Assembly (NCBI GenBank): GCA_051362555.1
Contig: CM120646.1
Span: 17,112,001-17,176,000 of the forward strand
Direction: 5' to 3'
DNA length: 64,000 bases
DNA from: Lingula anatina
Lineage: Eukaryota; Animalia; Brachiopoda
How positions within the stretch are numbered: the first letter of the stretch is position 1; each line of letters begins with the position of its first letter. Positions 1 through 13,480 of the stretch are shown here, piece by piece. The notes beneath the pieces are model-generated. The model ran no database searches, had not been told where the DNA came from, and saw only the letters and a list, made by a program, of their open reading frames with translations. The translations under genes were made by a program, and so were the position numbers.

Positions 1-77
1 TCTCTGGCAGTTTCTGGGAGCTCTAGGCAATGGCCCATCTCCTCCTTTAGTTGGTGTGGGTGGTGGAAATCCAACAC
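1..77 (-). CDS. GAD: Glutamate decarboxylase exon (truncated by window edge)
   Basis: Acceptor tttgtag then VLDFHHPHQLKEEMGHCLELPETAR, matching the GAD1/GAD2 'VLDFHHPHQL' segment; phase 0 with upstream exon. Confidence 0.9.
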   Translation of the reverse strand, partial: MLDFHHPHQLKEEMGHCLELPETAR

Positions 78-432
78 CTACAAAACATTAAGAATGACAG
101 TAACTCGAGGAAAAACAAGGCGCATTTATTTTGGTATCTTCATCCTTTTTAAAACTCTAATCTTAACTTTCAGTAAATGAAAATAAATTGTGCCGCAATG
201 GTCAATTTTTAGCCCGTTTAAAAATGGTGCTGCATATGTCTGCGTGCGTTCAGCTCAGACATGCTTCGTACTGGGAGAACTTAGGGCCTTTCAAATATAT
301 TTTTACCCTCTGTTTCCAACATGGAATATCTTAACTTTAAAGGAAATAATGGATTAAAACATTTTTAAATGTCGCCATAGAACTGTGCTTGATATAATGG
401 CATCAATTTTGATGTTGTGGTAAGGTACTCAC

Positions 433-539
433 TTTGCTTGAGCGATCGTTGCTCTTGCGCACATACTCCATCAGAATATCGGTCAATTCTAAAAAGAACT
501 GCATGGTCCTCGCAGATCCCTGAGGGGTAGGGAGTAGGT
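433..539 (-). CDS. GAD: Glutamate decarboxylase exon
   Basis: ttctccag / gtgagt boundaries; (D)LLPTPQGSARTMQFFLELTDILMEYVRKSNDRSSK resembles GAD 'DLLP...FL..V.DIL..YV.K.FDRSTK'. Confidence 0.9.
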
Positions 540-1553
540 CTGGAGAAAAACATGAACAAAAAAAAGCTCCAAATATGCTGGTTAACGGAAAACGTTTCTA
601 GAGATACATTCATGAAATTTCATTTAGAATGGTTAACGGAACCAGTTGCAACAATGATAAAAAAATGAGTACCCTAAAATAAAAACTGAACCTCCAAGAC
701 AGTCTGTATCAGTAAATAGACGATGGGTTACCCTAAAAATGTAGAAAAGGGAAAGGGGTGAAAGTTGCACCTATTCTTAACCTATCATTGCCCCAAATTA
801 CTTGAAACACAAAAGGTAAAATTTGGAAGGTACTGTAATTGTTCCTTTTTTACGCGTGGGGGTGGGTCTAAACTGGTCATTGGGTTGGGACCCAGAGGCA
901 CAACCTATAGCCGACAGACAGACCGCATTTGATAACCACACCGATCATATAAGTTTGATTGCAATATCACATTAGTTTGAATGGGATATCATGTAAGCAA
1001 CGCCTACAGCTGTATCTATATAACAACATGATATGTACGTCCCTTCACTGATATTGAATATCGAAGGGAAAGCACAGATGCTGTCTTATATACAATTTCA
1101 AGTTCTGTTATTGTTATAGAAGTAGAAGATGTACAGTCACTGTACAAATGATTTCGATTGAGAAACTAGTAAACATGGTTGTGCACTAAGAAACCCGTGT
1201 GATTCTTGCCGAAAGTTCCGTGTCAAGTAAAGTGATATTTTCGATTACATATCCATATCGATATCGCAATAAGTTACGCATTAGTGACATTGCAGTCATC
1301 GATTTGCTTCTAACTGGTACAAACCTGACATTTCTTGAATTATAGTGCTATGCTGCTTTCTTGTTTGCTGCTTAAATCAAGCTTTGATGGGCATTTTAAA
1401 ATTGTCGTGCTGCGTTGCTTTCAGCAATTTAAATCGGACAAATAATATCATTACTATACTTAGGAACCTGAAATATTAGACTTAAAAATAAATGACCAAT
1501 CCGTGGTATCTAAAGAGCATTCCCAAATAAAAAAATCGCACGCGAGAACCTAC

Positions 1554-1819
1554 CTCGGCCATAAACGCCTTCAAACGGGGTCCAGTCGCTCGATTCTTGG
1601 ACCTTTTTCTTCTGGTTATTCTCATCGTCCTGTGAAAGTCTGTTCTTTGACGCGTGGCCCGCTTTGAACGCATTACGTCTTCTTTGGTATCTCAGCACTG
1701 CTTCCAGGTCAAATGATGAGGACATTGTGAAGGTTTTGTGTCTCTTTCGCTGGATACCCGGTATGTTATCGTGATATTGGAGGGCTTGGTCCAATATTGT
1801 TAACTCTGAGATGTGGTTC
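1554..1819 (-). CDS. GAD: GAD N-terminal variable-region exon
   Basis: ttttccag acceptor, G/gtaggt phase-1 donor in frame with 433-539; open frame ...MSSSFDLEAVLRYQRRR...WTPFEGVYGR; true start uncertain. Confidence 0.7.
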
Positions 1820-2752
1820 CTGGAAAATATAAAAGGTGCATGTGTTGTGTTTCCCGTAATTCAAAAATTTTCAGGAAAAAAAACGAAGTTATCTGTCTGG
1901 ATATGTACTCCGATATTTAAGGGTCCTAGATTGACATGGGTATCTCTGTTCAGTTGTATTATGTCACTGAAACGCGGAAGTTGTTCATGTGGTCGCACGC
2001 TATCTGAAAATACAGCCAATAACAAATCTGTTTTGGGGTGGTCAATTTAAGCATTATGAATTTCTGTGGTGTTTCTCGCGTATGTTTTGTAAAGATATGC
2101 ACATGGAAACCTTCCACAGCATCACGCTTTTAAAAGGCACACGCTTGGAGTGACCTTGGGGTGTTTTGATAAAACATCAAGAAATAATTCTGGGAAACCC
2201 TTTACCTGAAATACGGACATTTCAGTAATGTACATGTGGTATGTAAAGCGTTCTACCTGTTATGAACTTTGGTAGAATCAAGAAGTTATAATGAGATATA
2301 ACTTATTGGTAGAATGTAGCAAAAAAACGCTATGCTCATTATACAGCCAATTATAATGCTGAAATTTACAACACAGCTGCGTCATGCTGGGATCACGTGC
2401 CTAGCAGTAAGTGCTTTATTCATACTTTCTGCACCAGACTGAGCTGGTGAAAATGTACAGAGATATAATAGCAACAATAATAATGATGATAAAAATAATA
2501 ATAAAATACATAGATAAATAGCACCAAAATTACATATATAGAAATGTAGCATTATTATACATAGGCTACATATCCAGTATTTCATAATCATAAGTTAGTA
2601 ATGGTAAGATATTTCCCGCCGTCTGGAAGCGCATGTACAGCTACTGGAGGACATATCACTAGTTTATAGCCTTGCAGGAATAAAACAATAAAGGTATGCT
2701 GGTATGTACTCCATATCTGTAAGTTATAATTTTGGCTTATGGCACCTAACTA

Positions 2753-3340
2753 CCCGCACGAAAACGCAATAGATACTCCAGCGCAGTAAACTACTGCAAT
2801 CATACTGCAAACATGCCTCAAATCTGCTTCGATTTGGGAGCTAATTAGCATATTTGAAACATGCTTCTATGGCCGCATTCACATCGAGTTGAGCTATGGC
2901 CCTACAAAGCCACGACCTAAATATAGCGGACGTACAGGAAAGGAAAACAGCCTAATCTTTTAATAGTCTCTCCGCCTCTCACACGCCTCCCCATGCGTCG
3001 TCCCTGCGGGGGTACAGTCATTAAATCTCGGCTCCATTGGGACGACACATGGGGAGGCGTGTGAGAGGCGGAGAGACTATTAAAAGATTAGGCTGTTTTC
3101 CTTTCATGTACGTCCGCTATATTTAGGTCGTGGCTTTGTAGAGCCATAGCCCAACTCGATGTGAATGCGGCCTATCATGCTGCTAATCTACTGCATTAAT
3201 GCTCCTCTCTGTACAAACCTATGTACTTTTTGGAGTAGAATTGCAGTAGGCTATACTGCATTTCTACTGCAAATATGCTCCACACCACTACTTCGTTAAT
3301 GCTTCTTTGCTACTTCGATACTACTGCATTTTCGTGCGGG
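2753..3340. mobile_element. Non-autonomous DNA transposon (MITE), CCC..GGG ends, TA flanks; hosts a nested MITE
   Basis: ta|cccgcacgaaaa ... ttttcgtgcggg|ta terminal inverted repeats. Confidence 0.7.
2871..3172. mobile_element. PIF/Harbinger-like palindromic MITE
   Basis: About 134-bp near-perfect inverted arms starting ggccgcattcacatc; 3-bp TSD tat; related copy at 40384. Confidence 0.8.
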
Positions 3341-5720
3341 TATAAGCATAACTAGATTGTACCCGCTCGTACCAAAACGTTGTTATAACAGGCCTGTACA
3401 ATGCTAGGCCATTTCGTTACCATTTACATCTAAAACAACATGTCGAACAATACCATGATAATCGATGTTATGCTCTTTATTTAAGGCATTGAATATGACT
3501 AACTGTTTCAGAATTTCACTCCAGTCGTTAATGCATTCATTGGGGAGGGATAGGGGCTTAGAGTTATGAACAAATTTTGCTCTCTGTCTTTGGTTGTGGA
3601 CATCTTTCAGGTACAAGATTGGACCAACCATGCTCAACATTACAGGGATATTGCGATAAGAAATACACACTGTCCAAAAAGTCTTTGAGTCTGAAAATAT
3701 GGGAAATCACTTAAAATGTCGAAGTTTATATCATGGTTACCCATTCACGATGATATGAAACTAGAAAAAAAACTAGAAAAAATGTGGGCGCCATGCGGTA
3801 TTTAGAAAATTATGGTGTATAAGCCATTTGAAGTTACTTTTTGAAAGGCGATTGCCCTTTAGTCACGGACATCAGGTAGACAAGTCTTTTTTCTAAGTTA
3901 ATGCAACGTTTCTTTGAAATCTCTCCTCATGCTCAATTAGGCAAGCATAAGCGGGGCGTGAGAAACAACGACTTGATCTGTTTAATGAAGAGTGACTGCT
4001 TTCTGTTTATATTGTTACCTTAAATTTAAGTTGTCTTTTATCTATAATTACAAAATCGAAGAGATAGACAGGATTTTTTGATTGATGAATGTCTGCTTAT
4101 AGTGAAAGAGGCTTCACAGGTAGAATTTCTTCAATGCTGAAAGTACAAGGTACCTTCACCTTCATTACTAGTACAGTTAGTGTAAGTAAGTGTATGTAAG
4201 TGTATACCGTTAACGAGCACATTTTGAAGATTACTTTGAACTATACAGACAAGTGGAAGATGTTAAAATGTTGCCCCTTGTACGTAGATCTATCCTCTTC
4301 CAGTAATTGCTTCATTCCTATGGAGAAAATTGGGTGTAGACGGTTCAACTTTATACAAAAGTGACACAATGGGAAAGTGCCAATTTAGAGGGCTTCCTTC
4401 TGGGTGTTGAAATTCAATTCAGATTCGTAAAAAGGACATATTATCGTCGACTGTAGAAAACTAAATCAGTGCGTGTTCTTACTAACAGAATCGCTGTACA
4501 AATTATGACACTTTAGTCATGCCATGCCACTTATTAATTGAATTAATATTTAACCAACTAAACTAAATTTTCAAACAGCTGTATATTTCCCCAATATTAG
4601 AATCGGTGCAAATCAGACTAAAAGTAATCAATTGTATTGAAAACATCAGTTATAGAAAAATTGATATAAAAATGCAAGGAACATGCCACTATCTGCTATA
4701 GCACTAACGTACAAAAGTCAACAAACGAAAAGAAAAGAAAAGAAAAGAAAAGAAAACAGACAAGCAATGCACGTGAATAGGCGCGCGATGCACGTTCTCT
4801 GACTTCAGTTATCGAAAACTTGCAACTCGTATAAAATGGTAGCGAGAAATTATGTGTAAAGGTGTAATATATTTTTGTGACTGCTTTTTTTAGTGAGCAC
4901 ACCTGTTTTTTTCTTTCACCTTTAGGATACCTGAGGTCATATTAATCATCTCACACCAACAAAGTTCAGAGATTTTTTTCTGGCCTGGGAAATCCTGTAT
5001 CTCTATACTATTCGGTGAATCCAAGCTTGGCGGTGCTAATCAGTGCATGCAATAAGTTAGTGTTCTTACCAACCAATTGACCAATTTATTTATTTATTTT
5101 TACACCATTATAGAGAGATAATGTCAACAATGCTACATTTAGTCTCCATCATACCACTAACGACAGGATAGAATTAACTTTTTTCTATCATTGTATTGTT
5201 GTAATCAAACAAAAACGTAAATGTTCCATTATCTATTGGTGCTTCTGAAAACCCGCTGAAACCAATTAGGCTGATTTTATAGTTCAAAACCGTGTCCTCT
5301 TTTATTTCCCTTTCCGCTGACAAACTGTATTTTGAAAAAAAGCAAAAAATGGCAGAACCAATACCTGGTAAAGTATACACGCACTTAAAAAGCGTGTGCC
5401 ACAATATGTCTTTCTTTACCATACATCAGAGAGAATATAAAACGAGGCATGGAAAAGAATATCAGTCTATCATCTGCATGAGATATTTCTGACAATTATA
5501 TGAGATGAAATAAACCTTTTTTTCGTTTCACCAACTATTTTCATGCTTTCAAAACGTTTGACTGCCAACGGAAAACTTAAAATGCCACATCGCGCACAGA
5601 TCAAGGAAGATAACTGACCCATTCAAGCTACCCGAGCAAAGGGTCCTCTTGAATATGGCATTAATTGCTGTCTTGGTGCGATGCTCTTCTGATCATGCTA
5701 ATCTGATCTAATCACTTTGC

Positions 5721-5752
<32 letters not shown>

Positions 5753-7227
5753 CTTAACATACGCTTAAATACAGGACGAAGAATATTTTACATTTTAACA
5801 TTGCGGTTTACGAAAACACTCATGTGTCTCAACATTTATTTGGTATTTGGTATTCTTTGTCGCGCGTGAACAAAAATTTCAAGAGAATTTATAATAATTT
5901 AATTTAAAACATTATACAAAATATACAATCAAACTGATGCTACCCCGTGGCGCATATATCATTTGTCCTTAACGACGTATATAATATTTATCACACCAAA
6001 TTCAACGATTATGAAATTCCTTGAAATGTATCTAATGTGTAAATGAACCAAATACGTTGGAATGTTAACCTGGATATACCAATATTCTTCACTTGCCACC
6101 TAGAAAATTTATGGGAAGATCTTCCATTTACTGGTAATGGCTATTAATGTTATGAGAAGATCTTGGACTTCCATTCCAATGAGAAATGAGTGGTCTGGTG
6201 AGTGATTCAGCACCAGGTAAGAATTAGGTCAGGAAAATCCCCACACGCGATTCTAGAGAATAGGCCAGGTAGAGACGATTCCAGAAGCGGGCATATACTT
6301 CCCGGTGTTTTCTCTCTCCCAAAGTAGCTCATCACCTCATACGTACAAAAGAACAATACATTATCCATCAAATAGCCTTAATACAGCACCTACGCTATTG
6401 ACATTAGAAAAAATAGATCGAATGAAGTTAATGTAAAATCATTAATTCTCTGTTTTTGTTTTGTGTTGGCAATTCAGTATCTTTAGCTACCAATCTTTTG
6501 TTTCTTTTTCTATGTTCTACTGAAATGTCTGTTAACTGAGTTAAATCGCTTTGTAAATGTACTTCAAACGCATTTTGTGCCAAGCGAAGAAGCATTGAAG
6601 ATGATCTTGGAAACATGTTTGTCGATAATCTATAAAGTTTTTGGTTAGATTTATGTTGTTAACGAAGCGATCAAACTGAGAACCACGTATTGATGACATA
6701 TATTCCGAACCGAGTTAATAAAATAAAAGAGTTAGCAAACAAATGTGTATTTTCTGAATGAAAGAGTACAATGCTTTACGAAAACCACCGGCATCGGCAT
6801 TTGCGTTATCTCTATAGATATTTCCCTCATAGGTTACGGGCTTTAAATATAACAATCTTCGTGGCTTACCAAATATTTACGCCATACATTGCTTCTCATC
6901 ATTTATTTACTGAATGATGTAACGCAATGTATTTATCTACTGCGCAAAGCAATATATATGTTTCAGAAAATGAACTTGCACATGCATTAGAGCTAGACAG
7001 TTCTTATCACGTACTGCTTCGTGTGGCTTCTAGATTCAGTATCAGTTATTCTGAAAATGCTATATTGAGGAAGGAACTTCAGAGGTAAGCACGTTAGATT
7101 TATCCATACCTCCAATTTATTATGGCAAGATAAGAAACCCCATGTTATGCAAAGTTAGGAAACTAATGATGAAATAAAAATATCTACGAAACAAATGACA
7201 AAAACGGGAAAAAGTGTCTTCACATAC

Positions 7228-7308
7228 CTGATTGTATGAACCTGGAACTGAAAACCAAGAGAGGGCGTTTTTGCTTTTATACGAGTCAAAAGCAGGAAAC
7301 GATGCCAT
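7228..7308 (-). CDS. GAD: Putative first exon of GAD (MASFPAFDSYKSKNALSWFSVPGSYNQ)
   Basis: ATG in good context, CAG/gtatgt donor, MAS start as in vertebrate GADs; phase does not join directly to exon 1554-1819. Confidence 0.4.
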
Positions 7309-10300
7309 TATTACCGGTTCGTTTACGGTTTACTGGGACTTTTCCACTCCAAATATTGGTTATACGGTGTTCCAAAGTTCCACGTACGTCAACTCCGTAT
7401 ACTTAAACTTCGTGCACACCACTTGGTTATTTTTAGCATTGACCGATATTCTCGAAATTTCATGTATGTGGTCAAAGCAAGAGATGTTTTATCTGTGGAT
7501 GCAATCTTAAATAAGAACATACACGCACACACAAAGAACAATGATATAAAAATATTTAATGATGAAGGCAATGATACGGTACATAGAAAAAAAAGAAAAT
7601 ACCGGCAATTCACAGAAGAACTCCCAAAAAACTGAATAAAGTTTCAGGTCAGATAGCATCTCTAGGTATGCATATGCAAGTTACGTACGTCTGGTCCTAA
7701 TTTCTTTTGATATATTGATATTCTGGCACCTGCTTGTTATTACGTAATGCTTCAGTTCAAAGAAACATGCGTGCGGTTTTGATGATTAATGCTTTGTTTT
7801 AGCGTAAAAGATACATGCATGAAGTAAGGCATTGGGACAACCTACTCTGTGACCTCATTGCTTTAAACTTAAATCTATTGATAAAGTCAAAACCAAGCAA
7901 CCGCTCCTCAGTCTGTGAAACTTTCAAGGTTTGCATCATATTTGGGAAGATATAACGATTTTTCAAAGCCTTTCATTCCAAATTCTGTTAGTCATTTTGC
8001 CACTGAACGTTCATAAAACCTGATGAAAAACGGTATCCGAAACCCCCTTTTTTGCTATTCTTAATAACGAAACCCCACATTAAAAGGTGGAAGTTACATT
8101 TTATATTTACTTTGTTTTTACCATCAATAGGTGAATTTTAACTAATAAATAATTAAGGACAGGTATGAGCGCAGTTTCGGATAATCGCAAAGACATCAAC
8201 TTTCCCTTGCTTTATGTTGAAGAAAAAAGAAAGAATTGCACCTCTTTGCCAAAGGCGCCCGCTGTGAGGCGTCAAGTGCAACATAATTTATTTTGCCATA
8301 AACATCGGGCATTCCTGGTAAGGCCGGAGAAGATACATAGAAAAACGATTTATGACAGTTCTCATGCATGGGGATCATGATAACCCTTGTGGAAATGTGT
8401 GCTCTACCTGGCCTACTTGGGGTGACCGTCAGTCTATTTTTTCCTCATCCGCTCCGAGATGAAATCTTTTGGTAGGTAGTTTTTACGTAAAAACAAACAA
8501 ACAAACAAACAAAAAATGATATCGTGCATTGCAAAAGGGAGACGAATTGTTTTGGCGGAAAAAGCCCATTCAAACAGTTTTCTACCTGACTTAAAGGTAT
8601 GTCCGCATAGATCTTGCAAAGTAGTAATAAGCACAAAGCGCGTACCCAATAATCCACTGAAGTGTTGACGAACCAAAATTGAATATCAAATGTTTTCAAA
8701 ACTGCCCGATTGTAACTTATGGGTAAATAACGAATAAATGAATGGTCGACCTCTTTCTCTGTGAATATAAATGTAATCAAATAAAAAAAGGTTTGTTGCC
8801 GCTCTCACCAACAACAACTTAGTGAAAAACACTGCTAAAGACCCAAAATTTTTTAAAAGCAGAAGAACTTCAACTTAACAAAAATGTACGTTGCAAACTA
8901 AAGATATTGAAAAGAGTACAAAAATTTGTTTTCTCTTTTTCCATGGACAGTAAGAGCGAGGATGCTGAACTTGGAGATATAAGTCAGAGAACGAATTTTA
9001 TCATTTAAATGCGGCGATAATCAAATAACAGTGGCAGATTAGAATTAAAGATACTTGGAATACGATACTCGGAATATATGTCGAATAAACACATCCACCT
9101 ACCTTATCCTTTCAGTAAACAATAGATTAAATTCTTGGATATCTTTTATGTCGTCGACAGATTATCTGCACAACTGAAAATGAATGTTTTCCACACCGCA
9201 GTTAGAATGATCTCGTGGACAACAATTCTTTTCCCCTGATTTTATCCAAAGTGTACATCTGCCCACGCTGCATCTTGTGTCTCAAGTCTCTAGGTAATTT
9301 TCAATATTTCCTGGAGGGGATCAGATAAGTACAAGAATATCATTTTAGTTGGCCGACGCCAGGCAAATTCCTCAAGTCTCTGAACTTTGGGCAAAGTCTT
9401 CAAAATCGATCAGACGACTGGAACTTCCAAATAATGAAGCTGTCATCTGCGTCACAATCCTGCCAGGTAGTCGCCGACGGTTCCTTATTTCGAAATTTGC
9501 TGCACAAGTTAGTTTTTATGATTGAATTATAAACACTTTACTTTATGATATCTAGAGGGCGGCAATGACTGAGTTTTAATCGGAATCAAATTCAATCAGT
9601 TGTGACGTCAGACGTGTTCATCGTCTGCAAGCATCTGCCAAACCCCAGAATTCTCCCGAGCAAGGACGAGGCAAGAAACGGCGAGTGATGCGAATCGATG
9701 GAATTATTGAATTTTGCTTACCAATCTATTGACAAGAGGCATAACTGAGCGAAGATGATTTAAAGAAATTGGCGATTGCCGCGTTTGAGTATATGAGTAA
9801 ACACTCTCTATGCTATCGATCGTATATTACGTAATGGATTGTGATTTCGAAGTGACAGTGTCTTCGTTGATGGCGAAAGAAAGTCGTAATTTCGTGCGCA
9901 TGGACGGGTGGGATTGTAAAGTATATCCCTTTCTTTTCTGATAGGCTATCACTTGCAGAGTAAAATTTCATTTTGCCTTCTAAGCGACATTGTAGGAAAA
10001 AATGCGAATTCCCTACCTAGCACTGTCAATATTTCAATTGTTGCTGTTCTCTCATATTTGCGCCGAAAAATGCCAATTATAATGCAGAAAATAAAGCAAA
10101 GTGTAGGCCATCTACCGATTACGGCTTGCATATGTCGATTTTGTAAAATTTGTTCAAAAATACAAAATGATTTTTCATTATAGCACAGTAGTATTCTAAA
10201 GTCGCTTTATGTATTTTTAGAGCCATTAACAATGAAGCGTAGAATCATGTTAAATATGTCCAATCGAGTACGGGAAAAAATATTGATATCCCAATCAAAG

Positions 10301-10377
10301 TTTTATCATCTAATCATTAATCACTTTTAAAAAAATGCTCATCACACGATTAGTCAAGTCAAATTTAATTTGATTGC

Positions 10378-10611
10378 CGGTGTAACGTGACGGAGTCCCC
10401 CTTGATAGAGTCCGCTTCCCATTCATTTGTACAGCTAAGCCTCACCCTTGATTTTGACCCACTTAGGTCAGGCTAACCCTAGACAATATAACTAAATGAA
10501 GAGCGGATTTTCTGTTACACGGACCCACAGTTTCGCTACACCTGTGTTACCTGTACAAATGAATTGGAAGCGGACGCTCTATCATGGGGGACTCTCTGTC
10601 ACATTACACCG
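10378..10611. mobile_element. MITE with about 57-bp imperfect TIRs
   Basis: cggtgtaacgtgacggagtccccc...catttgtacag vs ctgtacaaatg...ggggactctctgtcacattacaccg. Confidence 0.7.
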
Positions 10612-12993
10612 ATAAACAACCAAATGCCACAATACAGTTTCAAATAAAAAAGCTTAATTATAACATCCAAGTTCCACTACATTACTTTTCATTTGGATCT
10701 ATCAAAATTAATCCGAATTAATAGTGTCGTATGCGAGGGCCCCGTTTGCTTGACTCTGTTATGTAACACCCAGACTTTTTTTTAAATTTCTTAAACTGCA
10801 ACGGTTCAGAATAGCTGTATCACTCGATGCAAAAAAAGGCATAAGTCACTCAATGCAAATTATTTGCCAATGCATCCATACGAGTCGAAAACGAACAAAA
10901 CACAGGGTGTTTAATTTCTGTTATTCTTTTATTTTAACAAATGTTTCATTACATTGGTAAGTATTTCTCTAATATGCCGGTGCATCCCATGCCGAACTAT
11001 CATGTATGACACGGTAGTCTGGTGAGAATTTCTTCAAAATTTTCAGGCTTATATTTTCATAGACAATGTTACTGCTTCTATTTTCCATGTCAAAGAGGGA
11101 GCAGTGCCAGGAAAAGCCACAGTTACTCTTTATTTAATACAAGTTTAATAGCCTTTGACATCCCCCTTTAAATAAACATATAAAAGAAATCAACACTTAA
11201 ACATTGTCTGCTACATGTTGGATAACCTGGTCATGTTTGTGAAAGCCTATCTAATCAAGCGAGATTTGGCCCGTCACACACTAACACCTGTGCAAGAAAG
11301 GACAAGTTTTTTCACGTGAAAAAACATGGGTAAAATAACCTTTTAAAGGTTATCTCTTCAAAATATTGATGATTTGGTAATTATGTTTTTCTATGGATTG
11401 TATACCAAAGAAACAAACGCCTGAAACAGTTCATTTTCTAATTATGACACCTGACATTCCGAAAAAAAATTTTTTTTTCTATTTTTCCCTCAACATCATG
11501 GAATACTTGGATTTACATCGAATAGGCTGCCTAGTTTAACTGCAACTTTTAAACAGTTCAAGCATCCTTAGCTAGTCTCTTCTCTTGAAGAATAATCTTA
11601 AGACTGGGATGTTTAAAATGGCAAAACATGATATAGATCAAAAAAGCTTCCCTTCCATTACATCAACTAATTATACAAATGAGAACAAATCACGTAATCT
11701 AAAACAACAGTCAGGTATAAAAATTGGAGCAAGATAAAAGAGGGCACTCTCCTTAAATTAAACTAACAGAACACTAGAATTGAAAGGAAGTAGTAATTTA
11801 TCAATTAACCATTATAACATGAACCTTTATTTTCATTCCATTTGGCTACAAGTGCAAACAGATAGTTATCCATATTTTAGTATGTCTGCATTCCATTTGG
11901 AAATATAAGCCTATGCTGATATGAAACGCAAAGTGAGCTGGTTGCTTACAAATATACAAGAGCAACTAAATACCATTAAAAATAAGTAAATAAATAAAAT
12001 GATAAATGATAAAAAATCTAGTCTACTACGGATAGGATTTTAGTACATTTAATAGTGCATAATATCACTTATGGAACCCCCTCCTGTGTTAATAATTCTG
12101 ATGAAACTGAATATTCCTGGACCTATTCTCAGAATAGCCACCAGTCAGCAGCTAGGGTATTGCCATAAAGAAAACCTGTATGCCCATTTCATTGCGACTC
12201 ATGTAGCAATAGTCTGGTGAAAAGATGACAATTTATTGGTTTAAATTATAATAGCAGATTCTGATCATGCTATCAATATTTTACGAGGATTTGTCAATGT
12301 CAATTTTCCACTTCATTCTGTGATAATCCATACTGTTTCAAAATGCACTTTTCAGGTCACTTCTGAAAATGTCTTCTGCCAAGCAAAATTCAACACCACC
12401 TCCCACTGTTATAAGCCTTTACGTGTGATTTCAAATTTAAAGTACTTCCCCCATTCCTTCACAATAACTGTGTTTATACTACCCAACCTAATCACAAAAT
12501 TTTCCTTGTTTTGACACAAATAAACTGCCCTCTTTCCTTTAACACATGACAAAATGCTGAAACTTTGAATGAAAACATAATCAATATTTACCAAAGAAAT
12601 TATACATGTATGTCACACTGAACACTACTGGCTATAACAAGTTCTTCATCTCCTTTTTTGACCAATCACAGATCTTGTTTTTTCTTTTTACTTTGTGGAG
12701 TTATTCATCATTCAAGTGCATTCTTATAAAATTGCCTATGCCACTGTTATGTTAGTTCTATAGCAATATCCTTTTAATAAGCATTATATTTAAACAGCTG
12801 AAGGCATTAAAGTCTTAAAACAATACCATCATTTACACTACCTCTTTTTACTAACACACCTAATGGTCTCGCCCAACATCTCCGATTTAACACAATGGGG
12901 AGGCGCATTGTAACATTTAAAGGGTATAATAATAATTATAATATTCACATACTATAGCAGTAGTAATAAAACAAAAGTCAGTGGCTTTGCCCT

Positions 12994-13167
12994 CTATGCT
13001 GGTTCTACGTAATTTGCTGGCAGCATGCCATGTTGTCCTGTTCTTGATACCGTTCCCGTCATCCAGCCTTCATCAATTGATTCGCAGTTTATAATTATGT
13101 CACCCTCATTGAAGGATACTTCGTCCGTATCAGCTGCAGTGTAATCGTAGACAGCCATAAATCTCTT
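12994..13167 (-). CDS. LASP1: LASP-family terminal exon, SH3 domain
   Basis: tttcag acceptor; [57 protein letters not shown], typical LASP/nebulin SH3. Confidence 0.95.
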   Translation of the reverse strand, partial: KRFMAVYDYTAADTDEVSFNEGDIIINCESIDEGWMTGTVSRTGQHGMLPANYVEPA

Positions 13168-13480
13168 CTGAAACAAATGTAAAAAATTGAGACACTTTAA
13201 TCTTATGGTACATTGACATCTCTGATTGTACGTCTAACTACACCCTTCAGATCCTATGGCTTTTCAGGTTTTGCCTTAATTCTTTTCTTGTAAACATTCA
13301 TTTTGTTGAGTTTCTGCTCACTTATAAGTTATGCCTTGTATATTTTTATTAGGGAGTTCAAAATTTTATGTTAAACTTTTTTCTTCCCATCCTCTGGCTT
13401 TTCACTTAGTCAATTTATTATTTTCTTGTAATCATTCATTTTTGGCTTTTTCGCTCACTAATGACTTGTATTCTTTTATT

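Noticed and set aside
1-77. Alternative frame reading ...PRAPRNCQR suggesting a fibrinogen-like domain
   Set aside because: The phase-0 frame gives a clear GAD motif consistent with the upstream exon
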